Position numbers and translations under genes: made by a program
Assembly: GCA_002698305.1 (NCBI GenBank)
Contig: NZWR01000005.1
Location: 66,047-130,046, forward strand
Direction of reading: 5' to 3'
DNA from: Candidatus Campbellbacteria bacterium
GTDB lineage: Bacteria; Patescibacteriota; Minisyncoccia; Phycocordibacterales; UBA1006
Length of the DNA: 64,000 nt
Shown: positions 1 through 10,009 of the stretch, piece by piece
Layout: every line of letters starts with the position of its first letter
Position numbering within the stretch: position 1 is the stretch's first letter
Notes under the pieces: model-generated
What the model was told of the DNA's origin: nothing
Databases searched by the model: none
The model's input: only the letters and a program-made list of their open reading frames with translations

Positions 1-303
1 GAGGTAGATGGGGTTCCTGTATATGAAACTGATGTTCGGATAGATACCAACGACAGCAGAATCAGAATCGGGATGAATGCAAAAGCAAAAATAGTTGCTG
101 AGGAAGTAACTGATGTTATTGCCATTCCAAAACACTATACACAAGAAAAATCTGATTCAGTTTTTGTATTAGTTGAAACACAAGAGCGACCTCAAAAATA
201 TGAACAAAGAATAATCACGACAGGGTTTACCGGAAATAATGGTTTGATTGAGGTTACGGAGGGCTTATCAGTTGGCGATGTTATTCTTTTAGAAAAAGAA
301 TAA
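1..303 (+). CDS. Membrane-fusion (HlyD/MacA-like) periplasmic adaptor of an ABC efflux system, C-terminal fragment (5' end outside window)
   Basis: Frame 1 is open from base 1 (EVDGVPVYETDVRIDTNDSRIRIGMNAKAKIV...GLSVGDVILLEKE*), so track ORF 73..303 is the tail of a longer gene. It lies directly upstream of an FtsX-type permease and an ABC ATPase (MacAB-like order). Confidence 0.55.
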   Translation, partial: EVDGVPVYETDVRIDTNDSRIRIGMNAKAKIVAEEVTDVIAIPKHYTQEKSDSVFVLVETQERPQKYEQRIITTGFTGNNGLIEVTEGLSVGDVILLEKE

Positions 304-307
304 GCGT

Positions 308-1630
308 ATGACTTTTTTTAAAAAAATTTCACGCTTTGCAAAAGTAGGTTCTTTTTTAGGAATACGACAGATTAAAAGAGGAAGTATTTGGATTAATCTG
401 TTAATTATTTCAATCATGACACTCACCTTTTTATCGCTGGTTGTTATTCCTGGAATACTTGTTGGATTGACAGAAGGAAGTTTTGAGCAGAATAGAGAGT
501 ATTTAACAGGAGATGTATATCTTACAACACTGCCAGATGAAGAAGCTATTGTTAACACTCAAGATATTATACGGGTGCTTGATACGCTTCCTGAGGTTCA
601 GGATTATAGTGTACGTTTTAAAATTGGCTCGACCGTAGAGTCAGGATATTTATACCGAGATGATTTTTCAGAAGAAGTAGAAAGTTTAAGTGTGAGTGCC
701 TTTGTTATTAATCCTGAACAGGAGGAGGCAACGACAGGACTTTCAAACTTTTTGGTAGAAGGAGAGATGCTTTCAAGTAATCGCTCTGGTGAAGTGCTAA
801 TCGGGTCTACGCTCCTGCAAAAATACTCTAATTTTTCTGACCTTTTTGAACCACTTTCTGATGTTGAAGTTGGACAAGCAGTAAAAATCACCCTACAAGG
901 AGAAGTGAAAGATGAGTTTCAGAGAGAACAGCAGTTACTAAACGGTAATGATGATTTTGGGCAAACAACTGAATTTATTGTTAAGGGAATTATTGACTCA
1001 AAGGTTGGTGAATTATCTTCATCTATCTTTATTACCGAGCAGGACTATCGAAGAATCGCAAAAAAAAGAAGCTTGCAGGCGCAAGAAATTGTTATTAAAC
1101 ATGACGGTTCATTAAATGATGAACAGTTTAAGGAGATTGCTTTGTCGTATGATTTTGGGCGCTATGCAAAGGTAAGAACAGCCACAGAAGCTATTCCTAA
1201 ATTTTTATCTGATGTGCAGCAAACGTTTGGTCTTTTGGGTAATATGATTGGATTTGTTGGTATTGTTGTTTCTTCAATTACTATCTTCATCGTTATATAC
1301 ATTAATGCCTTAACACGAAGAAAATTTATTGGGATTTTAAAAGGAATTGGAATATCAGAAGGGGCAATTGAATTTGCGTATATTATGCAATCACTTTTCT
1401 ATGCACTTTTTGGAATAGGTTTAGGACTCCTACTCTTGTATGGATTTATGGTTCCATTCTTTGTGCAGAACCCAATTGACTTTCCATTTAGTGATGGAAT
1501 TCTTGTTGCCGATTTGATCCCAACATTAACGCGAGCTGGAATTCTCATGGCGGTAACAATGATTGCTGGATTCCTGCCAGCACGGATTATTGTCAGACAA
1601 AACACTTTAGATTCAATTCTTCAACGATAA
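308..1630 (+). CDS. ABC transporter permease, FtsX/MacB-like
   Basis: 440 aa with an N-terminal TM helix, a large extracytoplasmic domain and three C-terminal TM helices (FtsX topology). There is a 1-nt gap to the downstream ATPase. Confidence 0.8.
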   Translation: MTFFKKISRFAKVGSFLGIRQIKRGSIWINLLIISIMTLTFLSLVVIPGILVGLTEGSFEQNREYLTGDVYLTTLPDEEAIVNTQDIIRVLDTLPEVQDYSVRFKIGSTVESGYLYRDDFSEEVESLSVSAFVINPEQEEATTGLSNFLVEGEMLSSNRSGEVLIGSTLLQKYSNFSDLFEPLSDVEVGQAVKITLQGEVKDEFQREQQLLNGNDDFGQTTEFIVKGIIDSKVGELSSSIFITEQDYRRIAKKRSLQAQEIVIKHDGSLNDEQFKEIALSYDFGRYAKVRTATEAIPKFLSDVQQTFGLLGNMIGFVGIVVSSITIFIVIYINALTRRKFIGILKGIGISEGAIEFAYIMQSLFYALFGIGLGLLLLYGFMVPFFVQNPIDFPFSDGILVADLIPTLTRAGILMAVTMIAGFLPARIIVRQNTLDSILQR

Positions 1631-1631
1631 T

Positions 1632-2312
1632 ATGATTACAGCAAAAAATCTAACAAAAACATACGTCAGTGGCGAAATTGTAACTCCCGTACTTAAAGGT
1701 ATAGATATGGATATAAAGAAAGGAGAGTTTGTTGCAATCATGGGAAAGTCCGGAGCTGGTAAATCAACGCTTTTATATCAGATTAGTTTATTAGATATCC
1801 CAACCGAAGGAAGGATTATCGTTGCTAATACAGATATATTAAACTTGTCGGAATCAGACCGGACGAAGTTTCGCCTTAAAAAGCTTGGATACATTTTCCA
1901 AGATTATGCTTTAGTACCCGAATTAACAGCTGAAGAAAATGTAGCAATACCGCTTCTGATGCAGGGGATTCCTCACAATGATGCAATACAGCAAGCTCGG
2001 AAAATTATTGATTCTATTGATATGGCTGGAAAATATACCAATCGACCTAACCAATTATCAGGGGGTCAGCAGCAACGTATTTCAATCGCTAGGGCTATTG
2101 TGCAATCACCTGAAATTTTATTTGCAGATGAACCTACGGCAAACCTTGACTCTGCATCATCAGAACAGGTTATTGAATTAATGCGTGACCTTCATGTGAA
2201 AGGTCAAACCATTGTTATGGTGACTCATGAGCCGGAATATACAAAATACTGCGATCGAATTATTTATTTAGATGACGGAAAAATAATAAGCCACGATTAT
2301 AAAATACAATAA
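1632..2312 (+). CDS. ABC transporter ATP-binding protein (MacB/LolD-type)
   Basis: Walker A GKSGAGKST, signature LSGGQQQR and Walker B ILFADEPT. Confidence 0.9.
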   Translation: MITAKNLTKTYVSGEIVTPVLKGIDMDIKKGEFVAIMGKSGAGKSTLLYQISLLDIPTEGRIIVANTDILNLSESDRTKFRLKKLGYIFQDYALVPELTAEENVAIPLLMQGIPHNDAIQQARKIIDSIDMAGKYTNRPNQLSGGQQQRISIARAIVQSPEILFADEPTANLDSASSEQVIELMRDLHVKGQTIVMVTHEPEYTKYCDRIIYLDDGKIISHDYKIQ

Positions 2313-2368
2313 AGTTATTGTATTTTTTTATTTGTATGTCAAAATAAATATAAATAAAACTGTATACA

Positions 2369-2869
2369 ATGAGAATGATTATTAATGCTAAAAAACAGAA
2401 AGCTGGCTTTTTTCATCAAAATAAAAATCTTGCTGACTCTTACACCATAGAATCTTCGCTACTAAAGTTAAAGGAGTATGAAAATTTAATGCGGAAAGTT
2501 GATATTGAAAAAAATGTTATAAAAATATTCAAAACCCAAGTGCTACCTACTAGGTATAAGGGTGGATTGACAACATTACTTCTAGCAACTGAGCTATTTC
2601 CTGATATTGTTTCTTTTGTAAGAAACAAGGAGTTTGAAGAGTATCAGATAAGAATCTGCTCTTCATTTACTGAATTAGGAACAAAATGTTGGATAGAAAC
2701 ACTTTCTGTTGATGGAGAACATGAATGGCTACAGGCAAGCGAGGATTTTTATCATCAAATGACAATAAATGATTTTATTTCAAAACTTTATATTTATGAG
2801 ATGATTGACTTTAGTCTTTTCAAAAAAATGGTTCACAATGCAAGTCAATATGATCTAACTCCTTCATAA
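2369..2869 (+). CDS. Hypothetical protein
   Basis: 166-aa ORF with no motif I recognise, followed by a hairpin plus T-run. Confidence 0.4.
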   Translation: MRMIINAKKQKAGFFHQNKNLADSYTIESSLLKLKEYENLMRKVDIEKNVIKIFKTQVLPTRYKGGLTTLLLATELFPDIVSFVRNKEFEEYQIRICSSFTELGTKCWIETLSVDGEHEWLQASEDFYHQMTINDFISKLYIYEMIDFSLFKKMVHNASQYDLTPS

Positions 2870-2883
2870 AGTGAATACATACA

Positions 2884-2910
2884 GCCCGGATTTTAATAAT
2901 TCGGGTTTTA
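2884..2910 (+). terminator. Intrinsic terminator candidate
   Basis: Hairpin gcccgga-N9-ttcgggt followed by tttt. Confidence 0.4.
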
Positions 2911-2939
2911 AATTTATTCGTTTAAATTAAGATGTAGTC

Positions 2940-3629
2940 ATGACACCTTACAAGAAAAAAAAGAGAAAAGAACGAATTCAAAAAATGCTTAAGGTTTTTA
3001 AAAAGATGTTTCCTGATCCAATTTCTGAACTTAATTATACGACTGACTTTGAATTTCTTGTTGCGGTTATTCTTTCAGCGCAATGTACTGATAAACGTGT
3101 AAACATTGTTACGGAAAAATTATTTAAAAAATATCCAAGGATTCAAGATTACGCACAAGCTGACATAAATGAATTTGAACAAGATATCTTCTCAACAGGA
3201 TTTTATCGCAACAAGGCAAAAAATGTTATTGCAGCAGCCAAAATGGTATTAGATGAATTTAACGGAGAATTACCTAAAAATTTAAAAGATCTAGAGCGCA
3301 TACCTGGAGCCGGACATAAAACTGCAAACGTTGTGCTTTCTAATTTATACGACATTCATGAAGGTATTGCCATTGATACCCATGCAATCCGTATTGCGAG
3401 AAAATTTGATCTTGTTGATCCACCTTATACACCAGTATCTATAGAGCGAGACCTTATGGAACTAGTACCTCAATCAGAATGGGGGAACATGAACCACTAC
3501 CTGGTACTATATGGTCGCTACCACGCACCAGCCCATGCGAAAGAAGTGCATGATGAACTTACCAAGATTTATCCTAAAGCAGCATATAAGGTTGATCCGC
3601 TTCCTAAAAAAATATCTGATAGAATATAG
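2940..3629 (+). CDS. nth: Endonuclease III-type HhH-GPD DNA glycosylase/lyase (no Fe-S cysteine cluster)
   Basis: HhH-GPD motifs LERIPGAGHKTANVVL (catalytic Lys) and IAIDTHAIRIARK (catalytic Asp). The C-terminal tail contains no Cys. Confidence 0.85.
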   Translation: MTPYKKKKRKERIQKMLKVFKKMFPDPISELNYTTDFEFLVAVILSAQCTDKRVNIVTEKLFKKYPRIQDYAQADINEFEQDIFSTGFYRNKAKNVIAAAKMVLDEFNGELPKNLKDLERIPGAGHKTANVVLSNLYDIHEGIAIDTHAIRIARKFDLVDPPYTPVSIERDLMELVPQSEWGNMNHYLVLYGRYHAPAHAKEVHDELTKIYPKAAYKVDPLPKKISDRI

Positions 3630-3631
3630 GT

Positions 3632-5002
3632 ATGTTAATTACATCTATATCAGGTATACGGGGAACCATTGGCGGAACTCCGCATGAAAATCTAACGCCA
3701 GTTGATATTGTAGGGTTTATTTCTGCATACGGGACCTGGCTGCAATCCCGATATTCTTCTCCGCGCGTGGTAATAGGGCGTGATGGGCGAGCTTCTGGGA
3801 ATATGATTCTTGGTATCGCTGTACAAACACTGATAAGTCTAGGGATAGATGTTGTTAATCTTGATTATGCTACTACACCAACGGTTGAGATGGAGGTCAT
3901 TCGAAGAGAGGCAAGCGGCGGTCTTATCATTACAGCCAGTCACAATCCAAAACCATACAATGGAATTAAGATGCTTAACGATAAAGGGGAGTTTCTTTCA
4001 TTAAAAGACGGGGAGTTAATTTTAAATATAAAAAATAAAGGAGACTATAGCTTTGCTGATGTTGATAGTTTAGGTAAAGAAAGTAAATCCTATAATCATA
4101 CAAAAGATCATATAGACGATATTCTGAATCTTGATTTAGTTGACGCTGAACTTGTTCGTTCAAAAAATTATACGGTGTGTGTAGACGCTATTAATTCAGT
4201 AGGAGGTCTTGCGGTTCCGATGTTGCTTAAAAAAATGGGGGTAGAGGTTGTTGGCCTTTATTGTGAGGTCAATGGTGATTTTCAACATGAACCCGAACCT
4301 CTTGAAAAAAATCTCGGAGAACTTATGAGTCTTGTTACTAAAACACATGCTGACCTAGGAATAGCGGTAGACCCAGATGTTGATAGGCTTGTATTAGTGG
4401 ATGAGAAGGGTCAAATAATTAATGAAGAATACGGCATTGTATTAGCTGCTGATTATGTGCTATCACAGACTGCTGGACCAACGGTTTCTAATCTCTCATC
4501 ATCACAGGCATTGGAAGATTTAACTACGCAGTATGGTAAAGAGTACAGCGCATCAGCTGTTGGAGAAAAAAATGTCGTCGAAAAAATGAAGGAAATAAAT
4601 GCTGTTATCGGAGGAGAGGGGAGCGGAGGTATTATTTACCCGGAACTTCATTATGGGCGAGACGCGTTAGTTGGTATTGCATTGATACTGAGTTTTATGG
4701 CAAAAGAAGATACTACTATTTCAACTTTACGTGATAGATACCAAGATTATTTTATGGTGAAAGATAAGCTTGAACTAGAGGATAGAGATAGTATCCCTGG
4801 TTTACTTGATGATTTAGCAGAAAATACTGATGGGCTAGTGTCACGGGTTGATGGCCTAAAAATCTCATTTGAAAATTCATGGGTACATATTCGTCCATCA
4901 AATACAGAACCAATATTAAGAATTATTTCCGAGGCACGAACCGAGACTGAAACTCTTTCTTTGGTTGATAAATATAAAGACCGAATTCTTTCTCTGATGT
5001 AA
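3632..5002 (+). CDS. glmM: Phosphohexomutase (phosphoglucosamine mutase / phosphomannomutase family)
   Basis: Active-site loop TASHNPKPYNGIK and metal loop GIAVDPDVDRL. 456 aa. Substrate assignment is an inference. Confidence 0.8.
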   Translation: MLITSISGIRGTIGGTPHENLTPVDIVGFISAYGTWLQSRYSSPRVVIGRDGRASGNMILGIAVQTLISLGIDVVNLDYATTPTVEMEVIRREASGGLIITASHNPKPYNGIKMLNDKGEFLSLKDGELILNIKNKGDYSFADVDSLGKESKSYNHTKDHIDDILNLDLVDAELVRSKNYTVCVDAINSVGGLAVPMLLKKMGVEVVGLYCEVNGDFQHEPEPLEKNLGELMSLVTKTHADLGIAVDPDVDRLVLVDEKGQIINEEYGIVLAADYVLSQTAGPTVSNLSSSQALEDLTTQYGKEYSASAVGEKNVVEKMKEINAVIGGEGSGGIIYPELHYGRDALVGIALILSFMAKEDTTISTLRDRYQDYFMVKDKLELEDRDSIPGLLDDLAENTDGLVSRVDGLKISFENSWVHIRPSNTEPILRIISEARTETETLSLVDKYKDRILSLM

Positions 5003-5021
5003 TTATGTATAATGGTTTTAT

Positions 5022-5462
5022 ATGAATAAAAATATTCAAAAAGCACGGAAAAACAAAAATGTACGTCTTATTGTCCTTTTGGTTATTATCGCTATTGCTG
5101 CAGGTATGTGGTGGTGGGGTGATAAAACTGACAATAATGTATTAAAAACAGGAGCAATCGTTGCTGGTGGAGCTGCTGGTATTGGAGCTGGACTTGAAGT
5201 AGCAGACAAAGATTTCGACTTGCAAAGATTATGGGAAACAGGGTCACTCAAAAAGTCACTATTGGAACGTGATGCAGAAGGTAACCTTATTAATCTTGAG
5301 CAAATTTGTGATGCACAAGATCAAGGATTCTATGACTATAATTGTGATGATTTTACTTCACAAGAAGAAGCACAGCGCGTATATGAAAAATGTGACACAG
5401 ATGTAAATCGCCTTGATGGTGACAATGATGGAATGGTGTGTGAACATTTACCTCAAAAATAA
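5022..5462 (+). CDS. Membrane-anchored protein with C-terminal Excalibur Ca-binding domain
   Basis: N-terminal TM helix. C-terminus [37 protein letters not shown] matches the Excalibur DxDxDGxxCE pattern. Confidence 0.6.
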   Translation: MNKNIQKARKNKNVRLIVLLVIIAIAAGMWWWGDKTDNNVLKTGAIVAGGAAGIGAGLEVADKDFDLQRLWETGSLKKSLLERDAEGNLINLEQICDAQDQGFYDYNCDDFTSQEEAQRVYEKCDTDVNRLDGDNDGMVCEHLPQK

Positions 5463-5471
5463 GAATAAAAA

Positions 5472-5499
5472 AGAGCAGAAGACTGACTTCTGCTCTTTT
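5472..5499 (+). terminator. Intrinsic terminator
   Basis: 10-bp perfect stem agagcagaag / cttctgctct with a 5-nt loop, followed by tttt. Confidence 0.7.
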
Positions 5500-5506
5500 C
5501 TCTGTG

Positions 5507-5588
5507 TGCCCAGGGCGGGGCTCGAACCCGCATGCCTTAGAGGCCACGGCCCTCAACCGTGTGTGTATACCAATTCCACCACCTGGGC
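5507..5588 (-). tRNA. tRNA-Leu(GAG), type II with long variable arm
   Basis: Reverse complement is GCCCAGGTGGTGGAATTGGTATACACACACGGTTGAGGGCCGTGGCCTCTAAGGCATGCGGGTTCGAGCCCCGCCCTGGGCA. Anticodon stem CACGG/CCGTG with loop TTGAGGG, T-arm GCGGG-TTCGAGC-CCCGC. No encoded CCA. Confidence 0.9.
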
Positions 5589-5660
5589 ATCCGGTCGTGT
5601 TATCATCTCATGAAATAATAACACAGCAAAAATAAATATAAAATTTGCTATACTTAAGCT

Positions 5661-6038
5661 ATGTTAAAACTTATTCACTATTTTTTTAGAGCTAAGGGTA
5701 TTAAAGAATCATTTGATCATCCTGATGAATTTATAAAAAATACCTCATTAGGATTTATTGAGGGGTATTTTGTAACAGCTGGGATTGTTCTGTCACTGCT
5801 TACAATAGCCTCTCTCTCTATTGGGTATTATTTTTCACTATCATTTTTCGTTGTGGTTGGTTATATTTTTCTTGTTATTGCTGTAATCACTGCTGTACTC
5901 TACCTTAGAATACGCAAACTTATTACGCGATTATCACAAAGGGCAGGGGAGAGAGCAAGGAAGACCATGACACGTGCAAAAAATACTATCAATGTGGAAT
6001 CGCGAGTTGTAGTTGAATCAAAGAAATATGAAGAATAG
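5661..6038 (+). CDS. Hypothetical membrane protein
   Basis: 125 aa with two predicted TM helices and a basic tail. Confidence 0.45.
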   Translation: MLKLIHYFFRAKGIKESFDHPDEFIKNTSLGFIEGYFVTAGIVLSLLTIASLSIGYYFSLSFFVVVGYIFLVIAVITAVLYLRIRKLITRLSQRAGERARKTMTRAKNTINVESRVVVESKKYEE

Positions 6039-6714
6039 TGAATTTTATGTTGTAGCAACGCCTATTGGTAATCTTGGAGATATAACGTATAGGGCAGTAG
6101 AGATTCTTAAAGAGGTTGATATTATTCTTTCAGAAGACACGCGGGTTACTAAGCATTTACTTAATACTTACGGAATAATAACACAGCTTAAAAGCTATCA
6201 TGCTAATTCATCAGAACATAAAGAGAATGAGATAATTAACTTGCTAAACGAAGGAAAAAAGATTGCGCTTGTTTCTGATGCAGGAACACCAACAATATCT
6301 GATCCAGGAGTTAAACTTATCAGCCGAATACGAAGTGAGTCACCTGAAACATTAATACGTTCACTTCCTGGTCCGGCAGCACTTATAGCAGGACTATCGA
6401 TTACAGGATTCACCGGAAACCAGTTTACTTTTTATGGTTTTTTGCCTCATAAAAAAGGAAGAAATAGTTTGTTTCAAGAAATGAAAGATTCATCTCGAAT
6501 TAGCGTCTTCTATGAATCACCTCATCGATTAGTTAAAACCCTTCAGGCATTAAATCAGGTAATGGGGTCAAGTAGAAAAATGTGCGTTGCGAGAGAACTG
6601 ACCAAAATATATGAAGAACACCCAGTAATGACCGTAGAAGAGATGGTGTCTTACTATGAAATGCACCCTCAAAAAGTGAAAGGCGAATGCGTAATTATAA
6701 TAGATTCACTTTAA
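6028..6714 (+). CDS. rsmI: 16S rRNA (cytidine1402-2'-O)-methyltransferase RsmI
   Basis: N-terminus FYVVATPIGNLGDITYRAVEILKEVDIILSEDTR and SDAGTPTISDPG are typical RsmI/tetrapyrrole-methylase-fold motifs. Start is taken at MKNSEFY (track ORF starts at 6013). Confidence 0.85.
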   Translation: MKNSEFYVVATPIGNLGDITYRAVEILKEVDIILSEDTRVTKHLLNTYGIITQLKSYHANSSEHKENEIINLLNEGKKIALVSDAGTPTISDPGVKLISRIRSESPETLIRSLPGPAALIAGLSITGFTGNQFTFYGFLPHKKGRNSLFQEMKDSSRISVFYESPHRLVKTLQALNQVMGSSRKMCVARELTKIYEEHPVMTVEEMVSYYEMHPQKVKGECVIIIDSL

Positions 6715-6772
6715 AGAATAGGCTTAGGATAATAAATAATGCAGGGGCCTTTTATTTTGGTATACTTTCACT

Positions 6773-7078
6773 ATGAAAAATAAAGTTAACACTATTGTTA
6801 TTTTAAGCGGTCTGCTTTTGTTATTTCCATTTCTTGGTTTACCAGAACTATATGAACATTTTTATGTAATACTCATAGCTTTTATTATTGGGTATTCAGC
6901 GCTACGTATTAAACATATTCACAGAAATGAATACGAAATTAATGATGATGATAGTTCTCTTGAGAAATATGCGGAAGAACTGCAAGAACGTTTTAAGAAG
7001 CATGTAGAGGGGACACCAAAAAATACTGATGATGATCAGTTCCTAGAAACCAACGAAATAAAGGAAGGCAATGACTAA
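6773..7078 (+). CDS. Hypothetical membrane protein
   Basis: 101 aa with two TM helices and an acidic tail. Overlaps the next gene by 8 nt (ATGA coupling). Confidence 0.4.
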   Translation: MKNKVNTIVILSGLLLLFPFLGLPELYEHFYVILIAFIIGYSALRIKHIHRNEYEINDDDSSLEKYAEELQERFKKHVEGTPKNTDDDQFLETNEIKEGND

Positions 7079-8264
7079 ACGATCGTATTACACGACACCT
7101 GGATTGGTTGTCGTTTGTTTAACTACCCTTTTTTTATTAGTAGTAACATACAACTCACGTTCATACATACAAAGGACACACTCAAATGCAGCCTTAGAGT
7201 CTATAAGGTATTCTAATCATACCTTAGTAGAATTATATAATCTTGATCTGGTACGCAGCTCTCATATAGAAACACCAGAAAGTGTCCGTGCGATATATAT
7301 ATCAAGCTGGGTTTTTGGAACACCTTCATTGAGAAATAGACTTATAAATTTTGTTGAAGCTTCTGATATTAATGCTGTAGTTATTGATATCAAGGATTCT
7401 ACAGGTGTTATATCTTATAATATTGATCATCCTGTTGTTGATACTATAGGTGCAGATTCCACGCGTGTTGTAGGTATGCGGGAGCTTATTCAAAACCTCC
7501 ACGATAAAAATATTTATGTGATAGGTAGGCTTACAACATTTCAGGATCCTATAGCTGCCATAAAAAAGGATTGGACCTTTAAAAGGGTTGATAATGGAAC
7601 TCCCTGGAAAGATAGAAAAGGACTTTCCTTTATTGACCCTAGTAATCAAGATGCTTGGGATTACATTGCTGATATTGCTGAAATAGCCTATCGGGATGGA
7701 TTTGATGAGATTAATTTTGACTATATTCGTTTTCCATCAGATGGGGATATATCAAATATTGCTTATAATCTTCCTAAGGAAGACACGAAAGTTTCTGTTA
7801 TGAAGGATTTTTATGAGTATATTGGTCAGCGACTCAGGTCCCAAGGCATTCCAATCTCGGCTGATATTTTTGGCTTAGTAACAACGCAAACCGAGGATAT
7901 TGGTATTGGACAGGACTTGGAAGATGTACTTGTTCATTTTGATGCTGTGGCACCTATGGTCTACCCTTCACATTATCGTTCTGGTTTCTTTGGTTTGAGT
8001 AATCCAAATGCTGATCCGTACACTGTTATTCAACAATCCATGCAATCAGCAATTGATCGATCTGAGATGCTTAGATTAGAAAACCCTGATATCACTATAG
8101 CTGAGCTACGTCCATGGATTCAAGATTTTAGTTTAGGCACTCCGTCGTATGGACATACAGAAGTTCGCGCACAATTAGAAGCTACACGAGATATAGGGCT
8201 TGATTCGTATATGGTCTGGGATCCCAAAAATAGGTATACTCAATCTGCATATACTCCATTATGA
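7071..8264 (+). CDS. Putative TIM-barrel glycoside hydrolase (COG1306/DUF4015-like)
   Basis: N-terminal TM/signal anchor. RAIYISSW...NAVVIDIKDSTGVISY and EINFDYIRFPSDG resemble the DUF4015 family. Family assignment is from memory only. Confidence 0.5.
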   Translation: MTKRSYYTTPGLVVVCLTTLFLLVVTYNSRSYIQRTHSNAALESIRYSNHTLVELYNLDLVRSSHIETPESVRAIYISSWVFGTPSLRNRLINFVEASDINAVVIDIKDSTGVISYNIDHPVVDTIGADSTRVVGMRELIQNLHDKNIYVIGRLTTFQDPIAAIKKDWTFKRVDNGTPWKDRKGLSFIDPSNQDAWDYIADIAEIAYRDGFDEINFDYIRFPSDGDISNIAYNLPKEDTKVSVMKDFYEYIGQRLRSQGIPISADIFGLVTTQTEDIGIGQDLEDVLVHFDAVAPMVYPSHYRSGFFGLSNPNADPYTVIQQSMQSAIDRSEMLRLENPDITIAELRPWIQDFSLGTPSYGHTEVRAQLEATRDIGLDSYMVWDPKNRYTQSAYTPL

Positions 8265-9436
8265 AATTAGCAAAAAAACAAAAAATTTCATGGCATAATA
8301 TAATTTTAGCTGTCACTTTTTTTGTGATAGGTTTTTGGCTTTTCCCTCAGTTTATACATACAGTAAATAACCAAGCGCAAGAAGGGGTGGTCAATGAAGA
8401 TTATTTTAACTCGGTAGCACAACTTGTAGAAGAAAAGTATCCATTTGAAGAGCCGTCAGATCAAGAGAAAACCTATGGAGCCATACAAGGACTTGTGCTC
8501 TCTTATAATGATCCATATTCTACGTTTTTACCCCCTGAAAACAGCTCTGTATACAATGAGACCATATACGGTGAATTTGGTGGTATAGGTGCTGAATTAG
8601 CCTTATACAGAGGTTTTGTAACCGTTATAAGCCCATTAAAAGGTTCTCCAAGTGAAAAAGCTGGACTGAAAGCTCGTGATATTATTACTCATGTTAATAA
8701 TGAGGAAATACTAGGTAAATCATTCAACGCAGTAATTAACGAGATACGCGGTGAAGAGGGGAGTGAGGTTAGCTTAACTGTCATTAGAGAAGGATATGAC
8801 GAGCCTTTAGTTATTAGGATTACTCGTGCGCAAATAGAGGTTCCTGTTATTGAGACCTTTATCAAAAATGATGTCTTTGTTATTCAACTTTTCAATTTTA
8901 ACGAAAAATCAAGTAATAGATTTGAAGAAGCAATACATGAATTCAAAGAAAGTGGAAGTCAAAAACTGCTAATTGATGTACGTAATAATCCCGGGGGGTA
9001 CCTTGATGCAGCTGTTGATATGGCAAGTTATTTCTTACCACAAGGAGATGTTGTTCTTCGAGAAGAGATTGATGATGATGGAACCGAAAAACTGTATCGA
9101 AGTAAGGGTTATAAGCTTTTAGATGGGGCAGAGTTTGACCTCGCAGTGCTTCTTAACGGAGGATCAGCATCAGCATCAGAAATTTTAGCTGGTGCACTTC
9201 GTGATGGACTAGACGCGCGATTACTCGGAGAAAAATCATATGGGAAAGGGTCAGTTCAAGAATTAATAAGCCTTCCTGAAAATGCATCCCTAAAAATTAC
9301 AATAGCCAGGTGGCTTACACCTAACAAAACTATTATTGAGGGAGTAGGGCTAGAGCCAGATATTATTATTAAGCCTTTAGAGAATGAATCTCTAGAGGAG
9401 GATTCTCAGCTCGAAGAAGCAATTAATCTACTATAG
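8261..9436 (+). CDS. S41 family C-terminal processing peptidase with PDZ domain
   Basis: PDZ segment (SPLKGSPSEKAGLKARDIITHVN) and catalytic region NGGSASASEILAGAL...YGKGSVQ (Ser/Lys dyad). Confidence 0.85.
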   Translation: MKLAKKQKISWHNIILAVTFFVIGFWLFPQFIHTVNNQAQEGVVNEDYFNSVAQLVEEKYPFEEPSDQEKTYGAIQGLVLSYNDPYSTFLPPENSSVYNETIYGEFGGIGAELALYRGFVTVISPLKGSPSEKAGLKARDIITHVNNEEILGKSFNAVINEIRGEEGSEVSLTVIREGYDEPLVIRITRAQIEVPVIETFIKNDVFVIQLFNFNEKSSNRFEEAIHEFKESGSQKLLIDVRNNPGGYLDAAVDMASYFLPQGDVVLREEIDDDGTEKLYRSKGYKLLDGAEFDLAVLLNGGSASASEILAGALRDGLDARLLGEKSYGKGSVQELISLPENASLKITIARWLTPNKTIIEGVGLEPDIIIKPLENESLEEDSQLEEAINLL

Positions 9437-9442
9437 AAATAT

Positions 9443-9892
9443 ATGAAAGTTTTATTACAACAACATGTTAAAAATCTGGGTACCAAAGGTGATATTGTTG
9501 AAGTTCCTGATGGTTATGCTCAAAATTCATTAATTCCACAGAAAAAGGCTATTGCTGCTACTAAGAAAGTATTAAACGCAATTGAGCAAGAAAAACGCAG
9601 TAAAAAACTCCAAGCGGCTAAGCAAAGAGAAAATAATAACGCTCTGCTTGCTTTGATTGAGGGGAAAGGGGTGAGTTTTAAAGTGAAGTTGAATGAAAAA
9701 GATCAACTGTATCATGCCATCTCAAAGAAAGAGATTATAAAGGAATTTAAAGCTACACATGGAATTACACTTCCTAAAAACTTTTTTAGAGAAGATATAG
9801 CTTTAAAGGATACAGGAACATTTCCGATAGAACTTGCTCCACCTTCAAACAAAGGAAAGGCCAAGATATATATTCAGATAGAAGGTAAATAA
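9443..9892 (+). CDS. rplI: 50S ribosomal protein L9
   Basis: MKVLLQQHVKNLGTKGDIVEVPDGYAQNSLIPQKKA is the canonical L9 N-domain. 149 aa. Confidence 0.9.
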   Translation: MKVLLQQHVKNLGTKGDIVEVPDGYAQNSLIPQKKAIAATKKVLNAIEQEKRSKKLQAAKQRENNNALLALIEGKGVSFKVKLNEKDQLYHAISKKEIIKEFKATHGITLPKNFFREDIALKDTGTFPIELAPPSNKGKAKIYIQIEGK

Positions 9893-9920
9893 AACCCAGT
9901 CTCTAAATACTGGGTTTTTT
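9892..9920 (+). terminator. Intrinsic terminator
   Basis: Stem aacccagt / actgggtt with an 8-nt loop, followed by tttttt. Confidence 0.7.
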
Positions 9921-10009
9921 AGTTGAGGGAAGATATTAGGTAGAATTAGTATAACGTCGCACAACATATATTTTACGACATTGTATATAAAGAAATAGGA
10001 TTTAAAACC

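Noticed and set aside
5353-5613. Track ORFs 5353..5556(-) and 5413..5613(+).
   Set aside because: They overlap tRNA-Leu(GAG) and its flanking terminator. They are spurious.
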